DNA of 248,000 nucleotides from Hyalangium minutum (GTDB lineage Bacteria; Myxococcota; Myxococcia; Myxococcales; Myxococcaceae): NCBI RefSeq assembly GCF_000737315.1, contig NZ_JMCB01000008.1, positions 20,001 to 268,000 of the forward strand, read 5' to 3'. Shown piece by piece: positions 190,121 to 200,279 of this stretch (position 1 is its first letter; each line of letters starts with the position of its first letter). The notes under the pieces were generated by a model. It saw only the letters and a program-made list of their open reading frames with translations, ran no database searches and was not told where the DNA came from. The position numbers and the translations under genes were made by a program.

Positions 190121-191212
190121 CTACTTGCGCAGCGCGGAGGCGAGGACGAAGCGGCCGCACAGCTCGAGGGCGAGGTCGGACTCCGGCTGGCCATAGAAGC
190201 TGCCGGTGAAGACGGCCACCAGGTTCAGCGAGGGGAAGACGAAGAGGTACTGGCCTCCGTTGCCCCGAGCGAACCAGGCTTCTACGGGCGTGTCACCGAT
190301 GCCGAACGTGTTGACCCACCACAGGTGGCCATACTTCGAGTCCCCGAGCGGATGGCGCCCTACCGTCGACTCCCGCACCCAGTCCTCGGGAAGAACCTGC
190401 AGGCCTTGCCACCGGCCTCCGTCCAACATCACCTGTCCCAGCCGAGCGAAGTCCCGAGGGCGCAGGTGGAGGTGTCCGCCCGTGTCGGTGCGCCCGCCAT
190501 CCGCCGCCTGCCACGCGAAGTCGGTCACCCCCAGCGGCTCGAAGAGGTGGCGGCGCGAGAACTCGGGGAACGTCGTGCCCGCGGCGTCCTCCACCAGCGC
190601 GCCCAGCACCACCACGCCGCCGGTGCAGTACGCACTCGACTGGCCTGGCTCCTCCACCATCGGCAAGTCGAGGATGAACTTCACCCAGTCCCGCGAGTCG
190701 TACATCCGCTCTTCCTTGCCGGGAGAGTCCTCCTGCCAGTCGTTGCACGCCAGCCCGGTGCGCATCTCCAGCAGGTGGCGCGGCGTCAGCCGCTCCTTGC
190801 GCGCATCCGCGTTCTGGAAGGGCGCGTACCGGCTCAGCAGGGGCAGGATGGGCGCATCCAAGCCCGGCAGCAGCTTCTGCTCCAGGGCGATGCCCGTCAG
190901 CATCGAGGTGACGCTCTTGGTGGCCGAGCGCAGATCATGCGGCGTGTCGCGGCGGAAGCCGTTCCAGTAGCGCTCGTACACGAGCTTGCCGTTGCGCACG
191001 ATGAGCAGCGAGTCCGGCGCGCGGTAGTCTCCGGCCTCGAGCTTCCGCTCCAACTCCGCGAGCCTCGCGGGGTTCATCCCCTCGGCTTCCAGCGAGGAGA
191101 CGGGCCACCCGTCCCCGGTCGAATCCACCGGACTGCCAGGACCCTCCATCCCCAGGCCTCCGCAGGCCACCAATCCACATGCGAGCACCATCCCGACAAG
191201 CCAGTTTGCCAT
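190121..191212 (-). CDS. Serine hydrolase (class C beta-lactamase-like) lipoprotein
   Basis: SATK, Y, lipobox LVAC. Confidence 0.8.
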   Translation of the reverse strand: MANWLVGMVLACGLVACGGLGMEGPGSPVDSTGDGWPVSSLEAEGMNPARLAELERKLEAGDYRAPDSLLIVRNGKLVYERYWNGFRRDTPHDLRSATKSVTSMLTGIALEQKLLPGLDAPILPLLSRYAPFQNADARKERLTPRHLLEMRTGLACNDWQEDSPGKEERMYDSRDWVKFILDLPMVEEPGQSSAYCTGGVVVLGALVEDAAGTTFPEFSRRHLFEPLGVTDFAWQAADGGRTDTGGHLHLRPRDFARLGQVMLDGGRWQGLQVLPEDWVRESTVGRHPLGDSKYGHLWWVNTFGIGDTPVEAWFARGNGGQYLFVFPSLNLVAVFTGSFYGQPESDLALELCGRFVLASALRK

Positions 191213-191336
191213 GGGCTCTCCAGACTCGGTTCAGGCCCGCGCTTCCACTGGGGCCGAAAGGTACCGCCAGAAGAAGGAGAACAGGAAGCCCACCGTGCGG
191301 CTTGACTGAACGAAATTTCAGGCTCACCTTGGGGAG

Positions 191337-192365
191337 GTGAAGCCGCGTCCCGTCTCCAATCCGCCCAACCCCTGGGCGAGCACCGAAGTGGAGTACCTCG
191401 ACGAGATCCCCCCCTCTCGGCTGGAGGTGCTGGAGGATCACAGCCGCGAGGTGCTGGCGCGCAACAACAGCCCGGACGTGTGCTTCACCTGGAGCATCAA
191501 CCCGTACCGGGGCTGCATGCACGCCTGCGCGTACTGCTATGCGCGCCCCACCCACGAATACCTGAGCCTGGGTGCGGGCACGGACTTCGAGACGCGCATC
191601 GTCGTGAAGCCCCACGCCCCGGAACTGCTCCGCGAGGCCTTCGAGCGCCCCAAGTGGCAGGGCGAGCCCATCGTCTTCAGCGGGGTGACGGACTGCTACC
191701 AGCCACTGGAGGCGTCGCTGCGGCTCACGCGCCGGTGCCTGGAGGTGTGCGCTGAGTACCGCAACCCCGTGGGCATCATCACCAAGGGCGTGCTCATCGA
191801 GAGAGATATCGACGTGCTCCAGACGCTGGCCCGCGAGTCCCAGTTATGGGTGAGCGTGAGCGTGCCGTTCCACAACCCGGAGCTGGCGCGGGCGATGGAG
191901 CCGTACGTGGCCACGCCGAAGCGGCGGATGCAAACCATCGAGAAGCTGGCGGCGGCGGGGATCAACGTGGCGGTGTCAGTGGCGCCCATCATCCCGGGCC
192001 TCAATGACGAGGACATCGCCAAGGTGCTCGGAGCGGCGCGGGAGGCGGGAGCCCAGAGGGCCCACTACACCCTGCTGCGGCTGCCCGGCCCGGTGAAAGA
192101 AGTGTTCGAGGAGCGCCTGCGCGAAAAGCTGCCCCTGCGCGCCGAGCGCGTGCTGCACCGCATCCGGGAGACGCGAGGCGGAGAGCTGTCCGATCCGCGC
192201 TTCAAGCACCGCATGCGCGGCGAGGGGATCTACGCGCAGACCATCGAGCGGCTGTTCGACGCGGCAGCGCGCAAGGTGGGGATGAGGATGTCCATGATGA
192301 CGGAAGCCGCGCCCTCCCCTTTCCGGCGGCCGACGCGGCCCTCTGCCCAGCTCAGCCTGTTCTGA
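191337..192365 (+). CDS. PA0069-family radical SAM protein
   Basis: NPYRGCMHACAYC, TDCYQP. Confidence 0.85.
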   Translation: MKPRPVSNPPNPWASTEVEYLDEIPPSRLEVLEDHSREVLARNNSPDVCFTWSINPYRGCMHACAYCYARPTHEYLSLGAGTDFETRIVVKPHAPELLREAFERPKWQGEPIVFSGVTDCYQPLEASLRLTRRCLEVCAEYRNPVGIITKGVLIERDIDVLQTLARESQLWVSVSVPFHNPELARAMEPYVATPKRRMQTIEKLAAAGINVAVSVAPIIPGLNDEDIAKVLGAAREAGAQRAHYTLLRLPGPVKEVFEERLREKLPLRAERVLHRIRETRGGELSDPRFKHRMRGEGIYAQTIERLFDAAARKVGMRMSMMTEAAPSPFRRPTRPSAQLSLF

Positions 192366-192368
192366 GAG
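192307..192368 (+). repeat. 62-bp direct repeat, copy 1 (3' end of radical SAM gene)
   Basis: Matches 194775-194836 with 3 mismatches. Confidence 0.85.
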
Positions 192369-192444
192369 ACAGCCGGGAGGTGGGCCTTGAGTGCTTCCAC
192401 GGCCGGCGTGGACAGGTCCTCCGTTTGACCGGCCTGCCTCTCCG

Positions 192445-193167
192445 TCACCCGGCGTCTGCGATGCGATCGAGCAGTTCGCTCAACAGCAAACTCTCGCCCT
192501 TCGTGAGAACCGTGATCTGGTCGATGGAGGCACGCAGCGCTGCAGCCTTTGCGCGGACATCCGCGTTCTCCGGTGTCACCGCCTCGCTCGTGATCGCGGC
192601 CACGACCGCCTCGCGTGCAGCATCGGCGAGTCCAAGGTCGCGCTGCCCTTCGGGCTGGCGCAGGAGCGTGAGCACGGCCCCGGTCCCCATCGCCGACACA
192701 AGGCCGAGAGCCCGCTCTTCACTGACCCGCAGCCGGCCCGCGAGCGCGATGTTCCGGATGCGCCGCCGCAGAACATCCTTCCCGTCGCTGACGGCAGGAG
192801 ACTGCCAAGCCGGATGCGGATCGCTGCTCATGATCGCGAACAGCCCTGGATGGCTCAGGCCAAACGCGACGTGCGTGTCCCAGCCATCGCGAAAGTCCTG
192901 AAGCGGGTCGGGATGCGGCGTACGCGCGGACTTCTCCGACACGTAGCTATTCAGCACGTGCTCGATAACGACTGTAAGGAGGCCTCGTTTGTCGCCGAAG
193001 AGCCGGTAGATGGTCGGCGCCTGCACACCGGCGGCGGCGGCCACGGCCCGCGTGGTCGCGGCATCGGGACCTCCGGAGGAGATGAGCTCAGCGGCGGCCG
193101 CAATGATGCGCGCGCGCACATCGGGGCCCTCGGCGTCTTGAGCGGCGGACTTCTCGCGGTCCTCCAT
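192445..193167 (-). CDS. TetR-family regulator
   Basis: TTRAVA...GV..PTIY..F. Confidence 0.85.
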   Translation of the reverse strand: MEDREKSAAQDAEGPDVRARIIAAAAELISSGGPDAATTRAVAAAAGVQAPTIYRLFGDKRGLLTVVIEHVLNSYVSEKSARTPHPDPLQDFRDGWDTHVAFGLSHPGLFAIMSSDPHPAWQSPAVSDGKDVLRRRIRNIALAGRLRVSEERALGLVSAMGTGAVLTLLRQPEGQRDLGLADAAREAVVAAITSEAVTPENADVRAKAAALRASIDQITVLTKGESLLLSELLDRIADAG

Positions 193168-193289
193168 GGATCTGACGGTAGCACGCGGCCACCGAAACGG
193201 TGCTACCAGCAAATTGATAGCGGCGTTAACAGGGCCGCATTATCATTGATAACGCAGCGGCGTTTCCACCGTTAGCCAAGGGGCGTTCA

Positions 193290-194162
193290 ATGATCGTCGT
193301 GACCGGAGCAACAGGGCAGCTCGGCCGTCTCATCGTGGAGAAACTCGTCACCCGCGTCCCGGTGGAGCGGGTCGCCATCAGTGTCCGAGACGTTCAGAAG
193401 GCCCAGGAGTTGGCGGCACGCGGCGTCCGAGTGCGCAGAGGCGACTTCACGGATCCGAAGAGTCTCGCGCACGCCTTCGAGGGCGCGTCCCAGGTCCTGA
193501 TCGTCTCGTCGAATGCGGCTGCGCATGGCGGCGATCCCCTCGCCCAACATCGCTCCGCCATCGACGCCGCACGGTCTGCGGGCGCGCGGCGCATTGTCTA
193601 CACGAGCCACATGGCCGCGAGCCGTTCGTCGGCATTTCCTCCGATGATTGACCATGCGGCGACGGAGCAGATGCTGGGCGAGTCCGGTCTGGCGTGGACC
193701 GCGCTTCGCAACGGTTTCTACGCTGCGAGTGCGATGTTCCTGCTGGGGCGGGGCCTTCAGACGGGAGTCTTCGAGGCGCCCGCGGACGGAAAGGTCTCCT
193801 GGACCACGCACGCAGACCTTGCGGAGGCGGCCGCGGTGATTCTGGCGAACGAGGGGCAGAACAACGGGCCGACGCCGCCGCTCACGGCAGCGCAGGCGCT
193901 CGACTTCGGAGAGCTGTGCGACATCGCGTCGAGTGTCCTCGGACGGCCGCTCCGTCGAAGCACCGTGTCAGAGGACGAGATGCGCGCGAAGCTCACGGCG
194001 TTCGGAATGCCCGCGCACGCGGTCGCCATCTCGCTCGGCCTTTACCGCGCGAGCCGCAATGGCGAGTTCGCGGCCGTCGATCCCACGCTGCAGAAGTTGC
194101 TCGGGCGTGCGCCAACAAGCATGCGCGAGGTGATTGCCGAGAAGATGGGCCGAGCGGCTTAA
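193290..194162 (+). CDS. NmrA/SDR oxidoreductase
   Basis: TGATGQLG, LRNG.Y. Confidence 0.85.
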   Translation: MIVVTGATGQLGRLIVEKLVTRVPVERVAISVRDVQKAQELAARGVRVRRGDFTDPKSLAHAFEGASQVLIVSSNAAAHGGDPLAQHRSAIDAARSAGARRIVYTSHMAASRSSAFPPMIDHAATEQMLGESGLAWTALRNGFYAASAMFLLGRGLQTGVFEAPADGKVSWTTHADLAEAAAVILANEGQNNGPTPPLTAAQALDFGELCDIASSVLGRPLRRSTVSEDEMRAKLTAFGMPAHAVAISLGLYRASRNGEFAAVDPTLQKLLGRAPTSMREVIAEKMGRAA

Positions 194163-194249
194163 GACGGAGAGAGGCTGCTCGGCTTGCTTGGTCATGGGTC
194201 CAGGGGTGACCCACCTCGCTCAACTCCACAAGGTCTCCCAGCACGTCCT

Positions 194250-194698
194250 GGGCCGGACGGATACGCCCGAGCCACCTGCTCCAGCGCCCGCAGCCGCTCA
194301 CGCAGCGATCGCGGCTGATGAGCCGCCCACGCGTACAGCGTCACGCCGTCGATCGCATCCATCACCACATACGGAAAGGACTCCCCGTTCGGCGACGTCC
194401 ACTCGCCGCGGTCATGCAGCCGGGGCACGTGGGGATGGCGCACGCGCGAGAGCAGCTCTCCCTCGCGCTCGAATCGAGGATCCCTCGGGTAGCGCGCCAC
194501 CTTCAGGGCGAAGGGCCCCGCGCTCTCCTGCCCCACCCGCTCCACGAGGTAGACGAAGCCGTAGACTCCCAGACCCTTGCCCCGCAGCACACGCCAAGGG
194601 CCTACCTGCATGCCAGCAGTGAGTTCCGCGGGCCCTCGTGCCTGTCCCCGTTCCACACCGCACCTCAGGGTGAACACCGGGTGGACCTCTCTGTCCAC
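194250..194698 (-). pseudogene. Ser/Thr kinase N-terminal fragment
   Basis: G.GVYG, FALK, RFERE; ends before HRD. Confidence 0.7.
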
Positions 194699-194774
194699 CC
194701 GGGTGTCACCCTACCTCATGGGTCGCTCCGGCGCACAGCCACACAGCCCCCAAAAGCTGCCCCTGTGCCAGAGA

Positions 194775-194836
194775 CCGCGCCCTCCTCTTTCCGGAGGCCG
194801 GCGCGGCCCTCTGCCCAGCTCAGCCTGTTCTGAGAG
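194775..194836 (+). repeat. 62-bp direct repeat, copy 2
   Basis: Duplicate of radical SAM 3' end incl. stop. Confidence 0.85.
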
Positions 194837-194918
194837 TGCACGCCCTTCGATGATGGACTTAGTATACCCCGTATACTAAGTCCTGCTCCATGCTGGCTTG
194901 CCTCCAGAGGAGAACCGC

Positions 194919-196322
194919 ATGAGCGAACGATGGCTGCTCCGTGGCGCTGAGGTGATCACCTGCGATCCCGACAGCGCCGACATGCCGCGCGCAGACGTCC
195001 TGATCGAGAACGGAGTCATCGCTGCGATGGGTCCTGGGCTCCGCGCGGACGATTGCCGGGTTCTTGAGCTCGACGGAAAGATCCTCATGCCCGGCTTCAT
195101 CGACACGCATCGGCACACGTGGCAGACGCCGCTGCGCGCGTTGGGTGGGGACTGGACCGTCATGGACTACCTGGCAGCCGTGCGAGTGAAGCTCGCGCCG
195201 GCCTTCCGCCCCAGCGACATCTACGCCGCGAACCTCGCCGGCGCGCTGGAGGCGCTGGACGCAGGCATCACCACCCTCGTCGACTACTCCCACTGCATCG
195301 AGTCACCCGAGCACGCCGACAGCGCGCTGGAGGCCCTCGAGCACGCCCGGATTCGAGCGCTCTTCTCTTACGGCTATGCGGAGGGCGCGCGCGCGAGCCC
195401 TGCCTTTCCCACCCACGAGAGCCGGCTCCAGGACGCCCGGCGCTTGCGGACCACACGCCTTGCATCGGACGACCGCCTGGTCCGGATGGGGATTGCCCTC
195501 ACCGAGATGCAGATCCCGTGGGAGTCGAGCCGGGCCGAGATCCGCTCGGCGCGCGAGCTCAACGTGCCCATCACCGCGCATTGCTCGGCCTGGCCCGTGT
195601 CAGGACCGAGCGAGATCCAGCAGATGGCCACCGAGGGGTTGCTCGGGCCGGATGTCCTCTTCGTCCACTGCACGTGGAGCTCCGAGGAGGATCTGAAGCG
195701 CATCGCCGACAGTGGTGGGGCGATCGCGGTGACCCCAGAGACCGAGCTGCAGATGGGCATGGGCTTCCCCGTCACTGGGCGTGCGCTGCGAAGCCGCGTT
195801 CGTACAACGCTCGGCTGTGACGTCGTCTCGAGCAACGGCGGAGACTTGTTCACCGCCATGCGGCTTGCCCTGCAGGTCGAGCGGGGCCTGGCAAACGCAC
195901 GTGGAGGGATGCCCCGGGCCCTCGACCTCAAGGCAGAGCGGCTGCTCCAGATGGTGACGCGCGACGCCGCGGAGGCGATTGGGCTGGGGCGCGTCACCGG
196001 CTCGCTCCGTCCGGGCAAGGATGCCGATCTCATTGTTCTCGCCGCGGACGCGCTGAACATGACGCCGCTCAATCGTCCGCGAGATGCGGTCGTGATGCAG
196101 GCCCATGCGGGCAACGTCGAGTCCGTGATGGTTCGCGGCAGGCTGGTGAAGCACCGGGGGGTGCTGCTCGACGTGGACCTGCCTGCCGTCAGGCGCAAGG
196201 TGGTCGAGACGCGCAACGCCGTGCTCGAGCGCGTGGGAGGCCTGTCGATGCTCCTCAGCGATCGGGCGGAGCTCGACAAGCACTGGGACACGGGCGGCGG
196301 TGCCACCACGGACGACGCGTAA
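194919..196322 (+). CDS. Amidohydrolase-family protein
   Basis: PGFIDTHRH, H, LGCD, G.L.PGK.AD. Confidence 0.85.
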   Translation: MSERWLLRGAEVITCDPDSADMPRADVLIENGVIAAMGPGLRADDCRVLELDGKILMPGFIDTHRHTWQTPLRALGGDWTVMDYLAAVRVKLAPAFRPSDIYAANLAGALEALDAGITTLVDYSHCIESPEHADSALEALEHARIRALFSYGYAEGARASPAFPTHESRLQDARRLRTTRLASDDRLVRMGIALTEMQIPWESSRAEIRSARELNVPITAHCSAWPVSGPSEIQQMATEGLLGPDVLFVHCTWSSEEDLKRIADSGGAIAVTPETELQMGMGFPVTGRALRSRVRTTLGCDVVSSNGGDLFTAMRLALQVERGLANARGGMPRALDLKAERLLQMVTRDAAEAIGLGRVTGSLRPGKDADLIVLAADALNMTPLNRPRDAVVMQAHAGNVESVMVRGRLVKHRGVLLDVDLPAVRRKVVETRNAVLERVGGLSMLLSDRAELDKHWDTGGGATTDDA

Positions 196323-196334
196323 CGGCGGGCAGGC

Positions 196335-197066
196335 TCACGCCTTGCGTGTCAGCCGGCCTCTCCTCACCCCGGCGAGCCGCGCATCGATGCGCCTCTGGAT
196401 TCCCTCGAGCATGAAGCTCAAGCTGGCCTCGAACTCGGCCTCGATGCTCGTGGCTTGCATATGGGGCAGGGTGTGGGCGATGCCAGGGTATTCTCCAGGA
196501 GGCAGCGTCGCGGCCGCAGCGAAGAACCGCTGAAAGAGAGGGGGGGCCTCCTCACTCCGAGAGTCCCACTGCTCTTGTCGACGCACTGCCCCGGCGAGCC
196601 AGGAGAAGAAGGTGTTGTGCAGCGCTCCAGCTTCCTCCCACGGAACACCGGCGTCATGCAGCTTGCGGACTGTCCGGTCGAGGATGACGAGCGTGGCGCC
196701 GACGATGGGACCTTCCTCCAAGAGGAAGTCCATGACACCTCGGTTCGCCAGTCCGAGCGCGCGCACCCGCCTGGCAAGCTCCCGGAGCCACGCCAGCGGC
196801 TCCAGGCGATCCTCGGGCAGCAAGAGCGTCGCGAAAATCTCCTCGACGACCCACAGCGCGAGCTCGTCCCGGTTCGCGACGTGCTTGTACACGGCCATGG
196901 GGGTCACCCCAAGCCGCTCGGCCAGGGACCGCATCGAGAGCGTTCGGAGCCCATCCTCTCGGACGAGCTCTACCGCGGTCGCCACGACCAGGGCGCGGGA
197001 GAGGCGCGGAGGGCGCCCTCGCACCTTGCGTGGCTTGCTCTCGTCGGAAGGCATGGGCGTGAGCAT
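196335..197066 (-). CDS. TetR-family regulator (TetR_C)
   Basis: SMRSLA..LGV.PMA.Y. Confidence 0.85.
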   Translation of the reverse strand: MLTPMPSDESKPRKVRGRPPRLSRALVVATAVELVREDGLRTLSMRSLAERLGVTPMAVYKHVANRDELALWVVEEIFATLLLPEDRLEPLAWLRELARRVRALGLANRGVMDFLLEEGPIVGATLVILDRTVRKLHDAGVPWEEAGALHNTFFSWLAGAVRRQEQWDSRSEEAPPLFQRFFAAAATLPPGEYPGIAHTLPHMQATSIEAEFEASLSFMLEGIQRRIDARLAGVRRGRLTRKA

Positions 197067-197286
197067 AGGCTGACGCCGCGGAGCGTGAAGACCCGAGTAT
197101 TAAGATGGGCCGCATGGACGCACGGAACTCGTGCCACGAGGCCATCCCTGCGGCTCGAGAGAGAAGCGGCGGCAACGCTCCGCAGCGAGCGCCAGCCCGG
197201 TCACCAGCGCGATGAGCACGAGGAGGCCGAGGAAGCTGGGCATGGCGCTCCGCCATTCTTGGGAGAGAGGTCTCTGCGCGGACGGC

Positions 197287-197976
197287 TCACACCGAGGTCG
197301 GAGCCTCGCCGCGCTTGGGCTCGACGTCCGCCGAGGCCACGCTCGTGGCGGCTGTCTCCTGGTCCGCCGTCACCAGTGGCACATCGACGAGGTGCTCGGA
197401 GACGAACCAGACCTGCATCTCGTTCACTCTCACCACCTCGCTCACCAGGAGGTCGTTCGTCCCTTCATCCCCCAGCTCCGAGGCACGGCGCGCCGCCTCG
197501 CGGGACTGGCGGAGGATGTACTCATGGGCCTCGAGCAGCCGGGAGAGCTGCACCGCCGGCTCCTCCACGTCCCGCGGCGGGCGCTCGATCTTGCTCAGCT
197601 CCGCGACATCGTGCGGCATTCCCAGGCTGACACCGCCGAGGAGCTGGATGCGCTCGGCCAGCGCATCCACCAGCTCCGCCTGCTCCTCGTAGTGCTTATC
197701 GAAGAGCAGGTGCAGTTGATAGAAGGTCGCGCCCGACGTCTGCCAGTGGTGCTTCTTGTACATGTCCCTCAGGACAATGGTGTCCACGAGCACCTGGTTG
197801 AGCCGGGCCACGCTGTCTGCCTTGGCCTCCTCGCTCAGGCCGAGGGGGAGCTTGCGGAGTGTCCCAGCTCGCTGGAGGACCTTGCCGCGTTGCCTCAGAA
197901 TGGGGGACGCCTGGTCTCCATCCGTGCTCTTCCAGCCTGCGCCCTTTCGTCCCTGTCCCTGTACGCTCGCCATCAT
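197287..197976 (-). CDS. dps: Dps-family ferritin
   Basis: KKHHWQ, LHLLFD..Y, LAERI. Confidence 0.9.
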   Translation of the reverse strand: MMASVQGQGRKGAGWKSTDGDQASPILRQRGKVLQRAGTLRKLPLGLSEEAKADSVARLNQVLVDTIVLRDMYKKHHWQTSGATFYQLHLLFDKHYEEQAELVDALAERIQLLGGVSLGMPHDVAELSKIERPPRDVEEPAVQLSRLLEAHEYILRQSREAARRASELGDEGTNDLLVSEVVRVNEMQVWFVSEHLVDVPLVTADQETAATSVASADVEPKRGEAPTSV

Positions 197977-198260
197977 GTCCTCCTGGTGGAACGGCGGAAT
198001 GCCTGACAACGTGCCGCCGGCTCTCTCAACGCTGGGATGGGGCTGACGGGGCCGCAAGCTCGGCCATCGCGAATGCGCGCCCGTTCGACGAGGGAGGAAG
198101 GAGGGCCTGCACGGCGGCTTCTCCTCAGATGACTGGAGTCACCACGCCGAGACGCCAGTCACCAGAGGGGCTGCGGCTCGCCGCGCTTCGGTTCCAGGCC
198201 GGGCTTTCCAACCTCTTGAGATCACAAGGACTCCGCGGCGGGCCCTGCTTCCTTCCGCGC

Positions 198261-198276
198261 TGGCACGCCAGCCGCA
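198261..198276 (+). promoter_or_regulatory. Sigma54-type -24/-12 promoter
   Basis: TGGCACG-CCAG-CCGCA, GG-N10-GC. Confidence 0.5.
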
Positions 198277-198342
198277 TTGAGAAGGGCTCAAGTCGTTGCG
198301 CACGGTCTCGCGCTCCACCTCTTCGATGACAGGAGTCACCCC

Positions 198343-199227
198343 ATGAAAGGCCTCAAGCTCGGCGGATTCAAGGCACCGTCCTCCCTCCCCGGAATCAAGA
198401 CGGACATGCCGCGGGCGCCGTCGCCCACGAGCCCGAAGCCTTCCTCTTCCTCCCAGCCGAAGCAGTTCAAGGACGGGTTTGACGCTGCGGGTGCCAAGCC
198501 CCCGCAGCAGCCGGGCAAGAACGTCACCTCGTCGTTCGGCTCCAACCCGCTGGGCCACGCGGGCCAGAACACCCTGAACTCCTACAACATGTTCCCGGGA
198601 GGCGCGCCGCAGGGTGTGGCGCTCCCCAACGCCAACAAGCCCTTCGTTCACGCCAACGACTCCGTGGTGACGCTGAACGCCCATCAGCACCAGGGCAACA
198701 CGAACCTGTCCGTCACCGGAGCCGGAAATCAGGGCATCCCGTCGCACTACATGCACTACCTGTCGACGGGCGAGGGCAAGTTCGCGGGCATCCAGGGCGT
198801 GCCGCTCCACCCGCGTCCGGATCAGCCGCAGATGGTGGTGACGGGGGCCCTCAACGGCTGCGCCGTCCACGCCCTGCACGATCCAAAGAACAACACGCTG
198901 TCCTTCCTCCACCACGCGGACTACTCGAAGAATGGCGCGAACGAGCTGAAGGACTTCCTCTCCAAACCGGACAATAAGCACATGCTCCCCGTGGGGAGCT
199001 TCACGCCCAGCGAGTACTCGCATCCCACGGGCAAGCACGGCGTCCCGACCGGCGCCACGCCCTTCATCCACTACACCCAGCCCTCCGGCAATCGCCCGGG
199101 CCAGTGGACGATCGCCGGTCAGCTCAACACCTTCAAGAACGGTGGCACCCCCGGTGGCCGCCCCGAGCTCATGCGGCCCACGGACCTGAAGGTGCCCTTC
199201 GTGCAGACGATCCCCGTGACGCCGTAG
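198343..199227 (+). CDS. Effector-like protein with CNF1-like deamidase motif
   Basis: Pro/Ser-rich N-terminus; TGALNGC...FLHH. Confidence 0.55.
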   Translation: MKGLKLGGFKAPSSLPGIKTDMPRAPSPTSPKPSSSSQPKQFKDGFDAAGAKPPQQPGKNVTSSFGSNPLGHAGQNTLNSYNMFPGGAPQGVALPNANKPFVHANDSVVTLNAHQHQGNTNLSVTGAGNQGIPSHYMHYLSTGEGKFAGIQGVPLHPRPDQPQMVVTGALNGCAVHALHDPKNNTLSFLHHADYSKNGANELKDFLSKPDNKHMLPVGSFTPSEYSHPTGKHGVPTGATPFIHYTQPSGNRPGQWTIAGQLNTFKNGGTPGGRPELMRPTDLKVPFVQTIPVTP

Positions 199228-199370
199228 CCAACCGCTCGAGTCCATCGGGGCGGCTGCACAACCGTCCACACTCTCCCAGCGCGCCTCTTGCCCTCGGCGG
199301 GCCCAACTGTAGGGTCGCCGGAGGATCGACGACCTCTGGTACAAGAACGCCATCGTCTATTGCCTGGACG

Positions 199371-200273
199371 TCAAGACGTTTCCCGCTTCTTGGCCTCCTC
199401 GATCTGCTTCGCAATCCAGTCGCGGTAGCTGGAGGTGCTGGTGAACCAAGACTCCGTGGCACCTTGACTGACGTACCCGCCGTTGATGCCCACGAGATAC
199501 CGCGTGCCCTTCTCCTCCAGGAAGCAAGGCCCTCCGCTGTCGCCTCGATGAGTGTGCGCGCCCGGGAACCGGAACCGGATCTCCCGGCCCTTGCGATCGT
199601 TCGACAGGCGGAGCTCCGCCACCACGTTGCTTCCGAAACGGCGAATGCCTTTCAGCGCGGGTTCGTCCGCCACGGCCCCATAGCCAACGACGGTGACTTC
199701 ATCGTTCAGGAGAACCTCCGCCTCCCGCAGCTTGTTGTCCCAAGACGTGTTGGCGAGTTCCTTCTCCAGGTAGATGACCGCCAGATCCGCAACCTTGCTC
199801 TTGACGAAGAGCCTGCCACCCGCCACGTCCAACTCGGACCTGAACCCTTCGTGGACGACCACTGTCCCTCCGGTCCTGTCAACCCAAGGTTCCACCCCCT
199901 CCCGCGACCGGTACAAGACGCTCTCTACCACTACGTTCTTCTTGCAGGCTGTCTTGTCCATGCTCCGAACGCTGGGGCCACTCGGCCAACAAAAGCAGTG
200001 TGCTGCGGTGAGGACGAGGCGCCGCGCGATGAGCACACCGCTGCACAGGCCTGATCCGATCTCGATCTGGACCGCAGACCGGAAGCGATTCTCGGCATCC
200101 TCTATCCCACCGGAGAGCCCGAACTCATCACGAGAGGGAGAAACCAGACCCAGCCCAAGAGGACCGTCTGCAGCCATACCCGTTGCGGCTTCTCCCGAGA
200201 CGCACCCACCCGCGAGCGAGAGGAAGAGCATCAAGCCCAGCGTGGCTTCCCGTCTCGCATACCGTCGCGACAT
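199371..200273 (-). CDS. Trypsin-like serine protease lipoprotein
   Basis: TAAHC, DLA, GDSGGP. Confidence 0.85.
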   Translation of the reverse strand: MSRRYARREATLGLMLFLSLAGGCVSGEAATGMAADGPLGLGLVSPSRDEFGLSGGIEDAENRFRSAVQIEIGSGLCSGVLIARRLVLTAAHCFCWPSGPSVRSMDKTACKKNVVVESVLYRSREGVEPWVDRTGGTVVVHEGFRSELDVAGGRLFVKSKVADLAVIYLEKELANTSWDNKLREAEVLLNDEVTVVGYGAVADEPALKGIRRFGSNVVAELRLSNDRKGREIRFRFPGAHTHRGDSGGPCFLEEKGTRYLVGINGGYVSQGATESWFTSTSSYRDWIAKQIEEAKKRETS

Positions 200274-200279
200274 CTGCGC

